Shown here piece after piece: positions 13,653 through 24,784 of a stretch of 64,000 nucleotides of DNA. The stretch's first letter is position 1; each line of letters begins with the position of its first letter. The DNA is from Dimorphilus gyrociliatus. Lineage: Eukaryota > Animalia > Annelida. The position numbers were made by a program, and so were the translations under genes. The DNA lies in the NCBI GenBank assembly GCA_904063045.1, contig CAJFCJ010000002.1:3467891-3531890 (forward strand), read 5' to 3'. The notes below the pieces were generated by a model, which worked only from the letters and a program-made list of their open reading frames with translations, was not told the origin of the DNA and ran no database searches.

Positions 13653-14918
13653 TTATAGTCCTTTCTGAATAGAATATTTATTACAATACTCTCTAGTTTT
13701 ATCTTCTATTTCCTCTTTGTCTATATTCATATTTCGGTATTTATGCTTGTTCCTTTTGTGTTGTTTTTGTTCGTCGATGTATGTTTTAAATAATGCTTCG
13801 CATTCATTTGTATACGTCATATCTACTGCATTGTATATAGCCTTAACAGTATCTAATGGGAAATCCACCAATTCTTTAAAACTAATGTGGTGAACCCTTT
13901 TAAAAGACGTATTTTGAAATTTTTCGTGATTTAGCCAATCATCAATCGTTTCCGTCTCTCTTATGTATCTTTTAGTTAAATTATTGCATATCAATTGAAC
14001 ATCTTCTTTATTCCTCGGGTAGTATTGTCGAGCTATATAGCTGAATAGTGATGCTACCGAAGGAATAATCTTTGATAAATCTCTATGGAGAAATATAAAT
14101 TGAGCATCGGGAAAGACATCTAAAAGAGCCAGCTTATTGTTATATGACCCCAGATGAAACATTAGCATAAGACGTCTATTTTCCATGTTTTGATATCTAG
14201 ATAAGACCTGCAGTCTTAATTTCATATTCTTGTATATTTTTACCCATGTATCGTAGGGTAGGTTTGACAAATACCTCTTATAATTCGGCAACTCAAATAT
14301 ATCGTTTAGTAAAAAGTGTAAGCCTTCTGCTGCTAGAAGAGTTGCTACATCTTCAGGATCAGTTATATCCATCAAATGGGAATTTTCTATATCTTCTCTT
14401 CCCCAGATATCTTTCAAAAAATTAGTATTACGATTAAAGGTCTTTATAATATTCTTGTGCTCTTCCATTAAAGGATCAGTTATAACAGGTATTTGTTGCA
14501 AAATTTCCCAATAAGCTGGGGCTTTCCATCTGGAATCTTGAGATAGTAAACAATGAAGAAATGTACTTCCTGTTCTCGGCAGTGACAATATAAATACTGG
14601 TCTAAAAATTTTTGTCTCGGCTAAAGATGGTTCTATATCAATTGCCTTATAAACTTTTGATTTACTGATTAGATAACCCTTTATTTCATTTATTATCATA
14701 TACCTTCCGTGAGAGCTAACATTATTATTGTTTTCAAGATCTTTCAACAAGATTGTTAAACCTTGAGTGATATGTTCTTGTCTTTCAGTCATCAGTTGTA
14801 TATCAGAATTTAAAGATTTATTCATAGTTTCAAACGAAAGTTCATAACGCCTAAACCCAAATAAGTCGTAAATACGTCCCAGATTGTCTTCAATAATTTT
14901 TATCAACAGAAATGCCAT
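13653..14918 (-). CDS. Stf1-like sulfotransferase ST2, single exon
   Basis: 421 aa ORF with RPVFILSLPRTGSTFLH, FIFLHRDLSKIIPSVASL (3'-PB) and C-terminal KHKY. Confidence 0.9.
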   Translation of the reverse strand: MAFLLIKIIEDNLGRIYDLFGFRRYELSFETMNKSLNSDIQLMTERQEHITQGLTILLKDLENNNNVSSHGRYMIINEIKGYLISKSKVYKAIDIEPSLAETKIFRPVFILSLPRTGSTFLHCLLSQDSRWKAPAYWEILQQIPVITDPLMEEHKNIIKTFNRNTNFLKDIWGREDIENSHLMDITDPEDVATLLAAEGLHFLLNDIFELPNYKRYLSNLPYDTWVKIYKNMKLRLQVLSRYQNMENRRLMLMFHLGSYNNKLALLDVFPDAQFIFLHRDLSKIIPSVASLFSYIARQYYPRNKEDVQLICNNLTKRYIRETETIDDWLNHEKFQNTSFKRVHHISFKELVDFPLDTVKAIYNAVDMTYTNECEALFKTYIDEQKQHKRNKHKYRNMNIDKEEIEDKTREYCNKYSIQKGL

Positions 14919-15221
14919 CTCCAGCGAAATTATACTTGCAGAGCTTCTACTTCCTTGATTAACAGTATGGAATTAATGTTCAATACTGATTTATAGCTAT
15001 TGAAAATTTGAAAAATACCCGATTAATTTTCGTTTGTATTGTATTAGTTTCAACGATAGTCAGCGGAACAATAGAATGATAAACTCAAAGCATATGCTGT
15101 GCAATGATACACAGTATAGATAAAGTACACAACACAGATAACCCATATATAAATTACAACTGATTGAAAGTGGAATATTTTATATTAATTAGAGTATCAT
15201 TGGATATACGACATTTGTTCG

Positions 15222-16526
15222 TTAGTATATTTTAACATGAAACTTTTTAACATAGTCTTCAGTTCTCTGTCTAATTGCTTCTTTATCTAATAACATTTTT
15301 TGATAATTGTGAATTCCATGTTTATGATCTTGCTGCTTATTTATATAATTCTCAAATATTTCATTGCATTCGTCGTTATATTCCATTTTAATATCTCTAT
15401 ATAATTCTCTAATCACTTTTTTTGAATCTTTGACTAAATCCTCAAAATTTATATCAATAACTCTTTTAAAAGGAGCCTTCTTTATCAGAGGATCGTTTCT
15501 CCATTTCATCATCTTTTCTATTGATGATACGTAACTTTCCGTTAGACGATCGCATATTTCTTGGGTGTTGTTGTAATGCGGCTTTAAATAATGCTCGCCC
15601 AGATAGGAATACAGTGATGTCATTGAAGGAATTATTTTACATAAATCTCTGTGAAGTGTTATTAGTTGTGCATCTGGAAAAACATTTAGCATAGCTAAAG
15701 CATTTACGGATGGGCCTAAATGTTGAATTAGTAAAAATCTCTTGTTTTCCATATTTTGATGAGCAGCTAACACACTAAGATTTAATTTAATATTTTTGTA
15801 AATTTTGACAAAAGTATCGTGTGAAAGATCGTTGATATATTTGGAGTAGTTAGGTAATTTAAGAATTCTTTGAGATTGGACGTAGAGTCCTTCACCTATT
15901 AGGAAGGCCAAAAAATCGTCCGGATCGGTTGGTCCAACAGAATGAATTTTAAATAAATTCTTATTTGACGCTAACCTGTGGACTGCAAATGATGTTTCAT
16001 ATGTTTCCAATAGGGCCTTATTTTCTATAGATAAAGGTTCTTCTCTTATCGGTGTGGTACGGAGTAATTCCCATAGTTCCGGGGCTTTCCATCTTTTATC
16101 TTTAGCCAGCAGACAATTAATAAAAGTGCTGCCAGTTCTTGCCAAAGTTAAAATTATGACGGGGCTTTTAAATTTTGTTTTTGCTAGCTTAGGATCAGCT
16201 TTTACGGCTGTTCTTATGCTGGCTTTATTTTCTAAGCCATTCGTCATGTCTTTTAAAATGTTCCGATATCCAACGGAGCTTAATTCACTATTTTTTTGTA
16301 AATCACTAAACAATACCTGAAAGCCTTTTCTTACGTGATCTTCATTTCTTAGAATAGCTTGAGCCTCTTTAGATAAAGATAATTTCCAGTTCTCATAAGA
16401 CACTTTATAAAATTTGATACCTAGAGTTGATTTGAAAAATAATTCAACACAACCAAGAAGATACTTATGCCATACAATATATTTGGCAATAATTAATAGA
16501 ATTATATGTTTAAAATGTTCAGCCAT
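15222..16526 (-). CDS. Stf1-like sulfotransferase ST3, single exon
   Basis: LARTGSTF and LHRDLCKIIPSMTSL motifs. The ORF track starts at a TTG; the first ATG is at 16526 (MAEHF). Confidence 0.9.
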   Translation of the reverse strand: MAEHFKHIILLIIAKYIVWHKYLLGCVELFFKSTLGIKFYKVSYENWKLSLSKEAQAILRNEDHVRKGFQVLFSDLQKNSELSSVGYRNILKDMTNGLENKASIRTAVKADPKLAKTKFKSPVIILTLARTGSTFINCLLAKDKRWKAPELWELLRTTPIREEPLSIENKALLETYETSFAVHRLASNKNLFKIHSVGPTDPDDFLAFLIGEGLYVQSQRILKLPNYSKYINDLSHDTFVKIYKNIKLNLSVLAAHQNMENKRFLLIQHLGPSVNALAMLNVFPDAQLITLHRDLCKIIPSMTSLYSYLGEHYLKPHYNNTQEICDRLTESYVSSIEKMMKWRNDPLIKKAPFKRVIDINFEDLVKDSKKVIRELYRDIKMEYNDECNEIFENYINKQQDHKHGIHNYQKMLLDKEAIRQRTEDYVKKFHVKIY

Positions 16527-16778
16527 TGCTGAAAATTTTTTCCCAAGCTTATGCAACCTCTAAAATAGATAAATGAGGAAAATGAAAACGAGATAGAATC
16601 TGTAATCATTTTTTATTAAGTTAAAACATATGTGATTAAAACTATTTGAAACATATTTAATATATTTTAGTAATTTATAAATATAGATAAACGATAATCA
16701 TTCAATAAAGATGAAAAGTTATATATTTTATTGTTTTTAATCTAACTTTTTTTTGAGATTTTCTAATAAAGTTCTATA

Positions 16779-18101
16779 CTAATTTGCAATTAAATTAAAT
16801 TTTTTATTGTATCTAAAAGATTTTTGTCTTATCTTTTCTACATTTAATACCATTTTTTCGTACTTGTGCGGATTTTGCTTCTGTTTACCCTTTTCATAAA
16901 TCGAAACGGTAAATTTCTCTTCGCATTCTTTTGTATATTTCATATTTGATTTTTTATATATATATTTTACAACCTCTTCCGGATTATCTAATAGATCTTT
17001 AAAGTGTATATCAATAAAGGAATTTGCAAATTGTTTCTTTGTGGAGTATTCTTGTCTCACTTGAACAATTTTATCAAGAGTATCCAGATATCTATCAACT
17101 AGATTATCGCATATTAATTGAATAGCAGATAGGCGATAATTTTGATACTTTATTGCAATATACGAGTATAGAGATGCCATTGAAGGAACAATCTTCTTGA
17201 TATCTCTATGAATAGTTATTATCTTTGCGTCTGGAAATACCTCTAGCAAAGCTGGAATATTTGTTGATGGTCCAAAATGCTGATTAAGAAGATAGCGCCT
17301 ATTTTCAATATTTTGGTATCTTCCTAATACTTTAAAGTTTCTTTCAAGGCTTTTGTAGATATCTATATAATCATCATGCGAGAAACTTTGTAATTGCTTG
17401 GTATATTTGGGTAATTTTAATATAATTGATAGAATTCCAAAAATTCCCTCAGCTTTAAGAAAGGGAAGGAAACCTTCTGGATCACTTGCTTTCATATTAT
17501 GAGACGAAATTAAACCTTTAGAGTTTGAAAATTTCTTATTGATATCTAGAGAATTATCCAATTGTTTTATATATTCTTTATTATCTTCTGATAAGGGATC
17601 TCTAGGAAATGGTATGGTTTTAGTCATTTCCCAGAATTCTGGAGCTTTCCATCTTTTATCTTCTGCTAGTAAGGTGTGTAAAAATGTACTGCCAGTCCTG
17701 GGTAATGTAACTAAAAAAACAGGATCTTTAATCTTTACATCTAAAAGAGTGGGATCATCTTCAACAGCTTTTTCAATGTTTCCTTTATTTTCAATAGCTC
17801 TTTGAAATTCTGTTTTTATGCTATACCATCCTGAATAACTTAGTTCCTTGGAATTTCGTAAATCTTCAAATAGTATCTTGAACAATTTTCTTCTGAAAGG
17901 TACGTTTAACACATTCTTACCATGATCAGATAGCTCCTTGTAGAAACTTTCGAAAGAAATTTCATACACACAAATTCCACAGAATTTATATAAAAGCAAA
18001 TATAAGATATCTCTTAAAAGATTCTTGTAAAATATCATCTTAATTATAAAGATCCTTATATATACACTTAAAAATTCATCCAGCTGTGATGAATCCTTCA
18101 T
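16779..18101 (-). CDS. Stf1-like sulfotransferase ST4, single exon
   Basis: LPRTGSTFLH and IHRDIKKIVPSMASL motifs. First ATG at 18101 (MKDSS); the ORF track start is a TTG. Confidence 0.9.
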   Translation of the reverse strand: MKDSSQLDEFLSVYIRIFIIKMIFYKNLLRDILYLLLYKFCGICVYEISFESFYKELSDHGKNVLNVPFRRKLFKILFEDLRNSKELSYSGWYSIKTEFQRAIENKGNIEKAVEDDPTLLDVKIKDPVFLVTLPRTGSTFLHTLLAEDKRWKAPEFWEMTKTIPFPRDPLSEDNKEYIKQLDNSLDINKKFSNSKGLISSHNMKASDPEGFLPFLKAEGIFGILSIILKLPKYTKQLQSFSHDDYIDIYKSLERNFKVLGRYQNIENRRYLLNQHFGPSTNIPALLEVFPDAKIITIHRDIKKIVPSMASLYSYIAIKYQNYRLSAIQLICDNLVDRYLDTLDKIVQVRQEYSTKKQFANSFIDIHFKDLLDNPEEVVKYIYKKSNMKYTKECEEKFTVSIYEKGKQKQNPHKYEKMVLNVEKIRQKSFRYNKKFNLIAN

Positions 18102-18395
18102 TGTTATAGAGAATAATTCTTTGAACGATATTCTACTGAATGTGAGATAATCTGGCAAAATTATATAAATATATATATATATAAAATTTATAGTTGATTA
18201 ACAAACTACAGCTTTATTATATATTTTGGGAACATATTGAACTATTACAGAAAATAAATAAAAATCAGATAAATATTCTTTTGATATGTTTTTATATATA
18301 AAGAAGTAATTAATCTATATTCATGATAGATTTGGTGCTTTTATTTAACTATTGTTAATGATTAATTAAAAAAACCATAAAAGTTTGGTCAGATT

Positions 18396-19697
18396 TCAGT
18401 AAACATATTGATGATGATAATCCTTAGATCTCTCTAACAATTTTTTATCAACATTAACTTTTTGATAAACATGTTTTACTCGTTTAATTTTGTTTTGTTC
18501 TTCGAAATGCTTCAAAAATGATTCATTACATTCTGGTGTATATTCCATTTCCAAATCTTTGTATAAACTTTTAAAAACTTGAATTGGATCTTTTATGAGA
18601 TCTGTAAATTTGATATCGATTATTCTTTTAAAGTTACAATCTTGAAATTTTTCACTATTCCTCCAACTTTTCATCTTTTCCAGTTCTTCAACATATCTCT
18701 CAGTTATTCCATCGCATATGAATTGTTTATTATCTAAATTTTGTTTCTTATAGTCTAGTTGAAGATAGCTGTACAGCGATGTAGCAGACGGAATTATTTC
18801 CGTTAAATTTCTATGAAGCATGATAAATTGAGCGTCTGGAAATGTTTCTAATAGGGCTTCTATATTAGTATTTAAACCTAGATGAAGCATTAGTAAAAAT
18901 CTTCTATTTTCCATATTCTGATATCTACACATGAGTCGTATACGTTTCTTAATGATATTATAGCTTTGGGCGAAATCTTTTTTTGGTAAGTTTTTGATAT
19001 AGTCCATATAATTTGGTAAATTGAAAGCTTCAGCCATATAGCACCATATACCTTCTCCAATGAGTATTTCACCGATGTCTTCAGGACTTGTAGCTTCTAC
19101 ATGATGAGATCTGGTAAACGATTCTCCCAATCTAATTTCCATACTTCTGAGGGATTTATTAAAAGATCGAACCTTTTTTACATATTCTGATGGTAGAGGA
19201 TAAACGTGTGGCAGAGGTTGGTGAAATTCCCACGAGGTTGGTGAATTCCATCTTTTATCTTTTAGGAGTGAACAATGAAAAAAGGTACTTCCTGTCCTTG
19301 GTAATGACAATATAAAAACCGGCCTTTTAAAATTTGTTTCTTGCACTTCTGGAAGATATTCCATCAAATGAATCGATCTTTGTCTTTGGTTCAAATTTTC
19401 CCCTATAAACCTTAATAACAAGTATTTTCCTGTAGCCGAAAATTCTTTGAATTTATTAACATCCTCTAAAAGAATTTTCAAGCCTCTTAGAGTTATGTTT
19501 TCTTTTCCTTCCTTCAACAATTCTCTGCCAGACTCTTTTGTAAAGTAAGGCAGAGTTTCCAGGGAAACATGAAACATACTAACTCCAAAGCATATTTCAA
19601 CTAAATCATCAAAAAGATTTATTATTTTAAAAAATAATAAATGTAATTGAGTATTTAAAAAAAGCATTAAACTTTCAATCCAAGTTAAATTCGCCAT
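18396..19697 (-). CDS. Stf1-like sulfotransferase ST5, single exon
   Basis: 433 aa ORF with LPRTGSTFFH, LHRNLTEIIPSATSL and KHVY. Confidence 0.9.
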   Translation of the reverse strand: MANLTWIESLMLFLNTQLHLLFFKIINLFDDLVEICFGVSMFHVSLETLPYFTKESGRELLKEGKENITLRGLKILLEDVNKFKEFSATGKYLLLRFIGENLNQRQRSIHLMEYLPEVQETNFKRPVFILSLPRTGSTFFHCSLLKDKRWNSPTSWEFHQPLPHVYPLPSEYVKKVRSFNKSLRSMEIRLGESFTRSHHVEATSPEDIGEILIGEGIWCYMAEAFNLPNYMDYIKNLPKKDFAQSYNIIKKRIRLMCRYQNMENRRFLLMLHLGLNTNIEALLETFPDAQFIMLHRNLTEIIPSATSLYSYLQLDYKKQNLDNKQFICDGITERYVEELEKMKSWRNSEKFQDCNFKRIIDIKFTDLIKDPIQVFKSLYKDLEMEYTPECNESFLKHFEEQNKIKRVKHVYQKVNVDKKLLERSKDYHHQYVY

Positions 19698-21848
19698 TAT
19701 TTAATTTATTTGTTCAAAGTAGCAGAACAGATAGGTTATAATAAAAATTGGCAAATTCCAAATGAAATTTAGAAGAATATAACAACTAATTTAGTAATTA
19801 CAAATTATAGATATCATATTCAATCTAAACTAACAAGTACATTATCAGTTAATATATATATTGATAGACTTATAGTTAACTTGCCTTTATACATATCATT
19901 ACATTATTCTATGCGAAACAGATGTATACATTAAATGTTTTTTAATTATACAGCACGTGTATACTTTTTAACTTGAACAATACCGTATCGATTGAATTTA
20001 TATAATAGATTGATTGGGCATATGTATTTTTCATGTATATACAGAAGATTTTGAAAATCTTAAATACTGTAAAAGTTATTTCCAAAGTACAATAACTATT
20101 TAAAAACCTGCATCGAAAGCTTTTTACAGACTATTAAAAAAGTTCTTATAATAACAACGGCTGGTTCTGCTAATGGAAAAATACGAGAACATTAACTATA
20201 CATGTAAATAAAGGTTATAATCTATTTTATGCCAAATCTTTTAGAAAAGCTTGAATAATGTAAAGATAATTTACAATAGTTTTGTAGAAATTAACTTACA
20301 AATTAAGATGATTAATTTACTTTGTATTAGTATATGCATTATATAGTAAATAGTACTTTTGGAAATATTAGGTTGGAATCTGTATTGTGAAAAGCAAACA
20401 ATAATGTATGATTTATTAAAAAATAATAAATTAGCTCAATAATCATATTTTATATTAATATAAGAAAGCAAACTGTATTTATCTCTCTCTTTTGAGATTA
20501 TTCGTTGTTAGCATTTTGAAATGCTCCTTCTATTATTAGATTTTCATGCATTCATAAAAAATGTAATATTACTAGATAAATTAACTTGTCTGCTATTTTT
20601 TAATACATTATGTTGTTATAACAGTTGTATATGTTTTTAAAGACTATTAATATTAATATATATCGATATCTAAATTTGTTCATTAGTTATGAATGGTTGA
20701 AATGTAATTTTTTTAAATAATTAGTCATGGTGTTATCGATATGACAAAATGTTATAAATCTTTCTATACTATATTATTATTATTAATATTCCAATCTGGT
20801 TAACCATAGTTAATTTGAAGTTATCAGGAAATTTCAATGATTTTAAATATTAACACGACCTGTCTGAATAATGAAAATATAGATCAAAACATACAAAATC
20901 GCCCTTTTTTTTAGCTATATATTAACTTTGGAAATATGCTCTTGTTCGCTAAAAGTATTTCCAATATTTTTATTGTTTATATGTATGAAAATCATAACTA
21001 ATATATGATTTCAGCTTTATTGCTAAATATCATTGCTAAATATTTAGAAGACGAATTAGTCAATCAAGGTCATTTGTTTATTAAAATAGCATATTTTTGT
21101 TGTTAGATCTTTTATTATTTACTTTGCATTGACTTTTTGCTTGTGAAGGGAAAACTTAATTGTTAAGCTTATTGTTTTTTGGAGGTGACTTCATTTGGCT
21201 GGTTAAAAGTAGCAAAAATTTTAAAAGAATATATGAATATATCGTTAAATAATCAAGCTATAATAATTTAAAACATTATCTAGAGTTTTTGTCCTTTGAA
21301 CTAATTAATTAGCTAATTTTTTTCATTAACAACATCCTTCAGTTTTCTATAGAGTGCAATTTTATCTTAACGAATAACTATTTCGACAACAATTGACTAA
21401 ATTGAAGAAAATTGGAAAGACAGTATTTAAAAAGGGATATGACTCTAAACACTAAAGAAGAATAGTATGGTAATTTTCGGTTTGATTTCTATGGTAATTA
21501 TTTTGCAGATAAAAGTAATTAGAATATAAAAATTTAATAACTAAGCATAGAAAAAATACAAAAAATGAAATATGAAAACTCTATCGGAAAGTTAATCAAC
21601 CACTAACTTGTCAATTTTCATTGTATATCGAAAGTTGCCTACATATTATCAGGAAGATTTCTTTATAGGACTTTTATTAAGACATCTACAGATAGCTCCT
21701 CTCTTGAATAGTTGATCAGTTTTCTCGATAGAGGAAGATAGCAATCATTATTTTATTAGACAAAAATATCGATGTTAATCTTAAGTCTTTACAAATATCT
21801 AACCAAAAGCATTCGTCTTCATTCAAACACCGACATAATCATTTAGTA

Positions 21849-22089
21849 TTTTCACTTTTGATTCAAAGAGAAGTGTGCTAGTTTACTTCTCCTTCCACTG
21901 AAACAGTGTGTAATTCGTGAATTTGACAGTAACCCAATATGAATTGCTATTAATTTAAATGAATATATCGGAATTATATTCAAAAATGAGAGTTTACTAA
22001 TAGTAGTTGATTTGTAATGCATTATAAAAAAGTGGTAGATACATCTGTGAGTCGTCCTAAGATACTTCTCTTTGAATCAAAAGTGAAAA
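21849..22089. repeat. Perfect 26-bp inverted repeat enclosing ~190 bp (MITE-like)
   Basis: ttttcacttttgattcaaagagaagt at 21849-21874 and its exact reverse complement at 22064-22089. No target-site duplication seen. Confidence 0.6.
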
Positions 22090-23200
22090 CGCGACTGGAG
22101 ACTATAGGTTGTAAAGTAAAATTCGCCTTTCTCGTTCTTTTTCCAGCTTTCCCTATATTCTTTAGAGTTTACTAGAGAGTAATCCTAGATTGGATACATC
22201 ATGCCTTGAGGATTTATATCAATATCCTTTAGATCGCTTTTATAATCGCATTTATGAGATAAGATGAGAATCCTAAATTTTGCAATGGTTTTTTTCGAAA
22301 CAAATCAATAGATATGTATAATATATATTTTATACTTATAATCCAGCATTCCAAGAAAAAATTTTAAGTATATCATGATTATTCAGCACTCTCATTCTTT
22401 CTTTTGACCGGATAAAGACTCAGATTATATAATAAATTATAATTTAGCTGTGTTATACGCACAATTCTTTATCCATTTTTGTTTCAGTATTTTGAATCTA
22501 TTTCGTGTTCTTTATTAAAAACATATTGAATAAAAATAATCAATATAATAATTAGTTAAACTTAAGTGTTTATATGATTAACTAAGAGATGTAAACATTT
22601 ATCTTTGCAAGCCTCTGCTCTTCTTTCTCTATATCTTGCCTTATTCAGAAAGAACCAAATTTATAGGGTGCATTTTCTGGGCGAGATATCCTTTTATATT
22701 ATCAATAAGAGTTTTATTTTTTCAATTAATAATTAGACTTTCGAAGTGTATTATTTTATATTTGCGGTTGTCGTTTTAGGACGTCCATTTTCTAATGGCT
22801 AAGAGAGAAAAATTTTATAGAGCGGGAGGATCTTCTAAATGTAATTCGTTGTCATTCTCAACAGGAATATTTCCCGAACAGCATCTCTTAAACTTTCTGG
22901 TATATATAAATTTTTCAAGTAAAACTATAATAATACTAGCATATACTCTTTCCTTAAAAATATATCGTACGTCTTTTTAATGGAAGTATATGAAAAATTG
23001 TTTAAAATCTTTATTTTTATAAATATAGATAAATGTTCACAGTAAATATAATTTGTATAATTATTGTTTTCGTATTCAAGTAGAACACTTAGTATAATTA
23101 TCATATAAAATATTCATGAATGATACTAAAATACATTCATTATTATTGTTCACTTATTGAGCTAATAAATCTGTTTAGGCTACTAAAAGAGATTGACAAA

Positions 23201-23224
23201 GAGAGAGAGAGAGAGAGAGAGAGA
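23201..23224. repeat. (GA)12 microsatellite upstream of the GPCR
   Basis: Read directly from the sequence. Confidence 0.95.
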
Positions 23225-23474
23225 ATGATATTTAAAGTCTTTGGACTTCTTTAAAAGTTTTGTAATAATTATCCCAAAGATACAAGTCTTTAATAAATAT
23301 TCATGCTAGTAATAACATTAAAAAGTTTGTAACAAAATTAAACTTCGGCCGCATCACTCGGGTGATGCTTCCTTTATTACTCTAATATTGGGAAGTTAGC
23401 CCATTTCTAAATAGGAATGAGTAATTACTGCACTTTTTGTCAAACTTTCGATCTTTCTCTCAACAGGATTTATT

Positions 23475-24662
23475 ATGGGGGATTGTATGACAGCGAATCA
23501 AGACAATGATGTGATACAGGACGTAGTTTTTTATATGAACGTTTATGTTGATGGTGTTGTATCCGTTATTGGATTAATTGGAAATTTATTTATAGTATTA
23601 GTTTTGAGAAATTCTATTCAGTCGGGATCCAATTCTATTTATCTAAGAGCACTGGCCATCGTTGATTTTATTTTCCTAATTTTCACATTATTATATACAA
23701 CTCTCAGAACAGCTGCAAAGGAGACATCGTGCTTGTCTTCTTTCCTAAAGATCGAAGATTTCTTGATAGCTTATTCATTACCAGTGGGGTGGATGATGCA
23801 GACGTCAGGTATTTGGTTAACAGCAGTGATAGCAATTGATAGGAGAATTTCTATAGAAAAACCATTTAAATCTCTTATTTATTGTACATCAAAAACAGCT
23901 ATTAAGGTTTTTAGTACATGTATTAAGCAATGATTAATTAATTAATTTCATTTAGCCATATAGACATTGATTTATCTAAGTTTTATCTAAGTTTCAGTAA
24001 AGTGGAAAAAGGCTAAAAGAATCCATAATATATCTTGGAGCTAATGTATCTAAAGACTAATTATTGGAAATATCCACTTATAACATGTACTAAAGATATC
24101 GTCAATTACAATTACTTTTTGTATCTTTCTGAATTGTCCTAGATTAATTTATTATGCTAAAGTTGCAAAACAGAATTCTAATACAACTTATATACATATT
24201 GCTCACCTGAGGAGAGACGTACCTCGATGGAATGATACCCTATATTACTGGCTCTATCATACGGGAATAACGTTTTCTTTGATATTTGCATTACCATTAT
24301 GTATTATTGGAATTTGTAATATTTTTCTTATAAAAGCATTACATGATTCCCAAAATTTCTGTAATTTACATGTTGGAAATAATCAAAGAGTATTCGGTAA
24401 GAATTCAGAATATTCAAGAACAATAGTTCTAAATATGGTCGTTGTTATATCAAAGTTATTAATATGCCAAACTCCTGATTTCTTGCTGTCGATAATTCAA
24501 GTAGCTCAAGTTGATCGCAATGCTACAGCCTATAAAATATTTTCAACAGTTAAGGAAATGTTATTAATTGTAAACGCATCGTGTAACTTTATCATTTATT
24601 TTATGTTAAACGCTTATTTTAGAAAAGCACTTTTCAGAAATTTAAGCTTCTGTCGTCAGTAA
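23475..24662 (+). CDS. Class A GPCR, FMRFamide-receptor-like family; 2 exons (23475-23906, 24096-24662), ~332 aa
   Basis: GLIGNLFIVLVL (TM1), YLRALAIVD (TM2), AIDRR (DRY position), CQTP (TM6), NASCNFIIY (TM7). A phase-0 GT-AG intron joins the two track ORFs and adds TM4-TM5 (LNCPRL...LIFALP). Confidence 0.85.
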
Positions 24663-24752
24663 AAGCTTCACTTGATCAACAATAACAAAATTAGAAAAAC
24701 TAGGCTTAACTTGAATCGATTATTTACAAACTGTATAAATTTATATATGCAG

Positions 24753-24776
<24 letters not shown>
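24753..24776. repeat. (TA)n microsatellite
   Basis: Read directly from the sequence. Confidence 0.9.

Positions 24777-24784
<8 letters not shown>

Noticed and set aside
22560-22920. Minus-strand fragments (NGRPKTTT, NKARYRERRA) reminiscent of a decayed Tc1 transposase
   Set aside because: Multiple stops, no TIRs or DDE motifs found; too weak to call.
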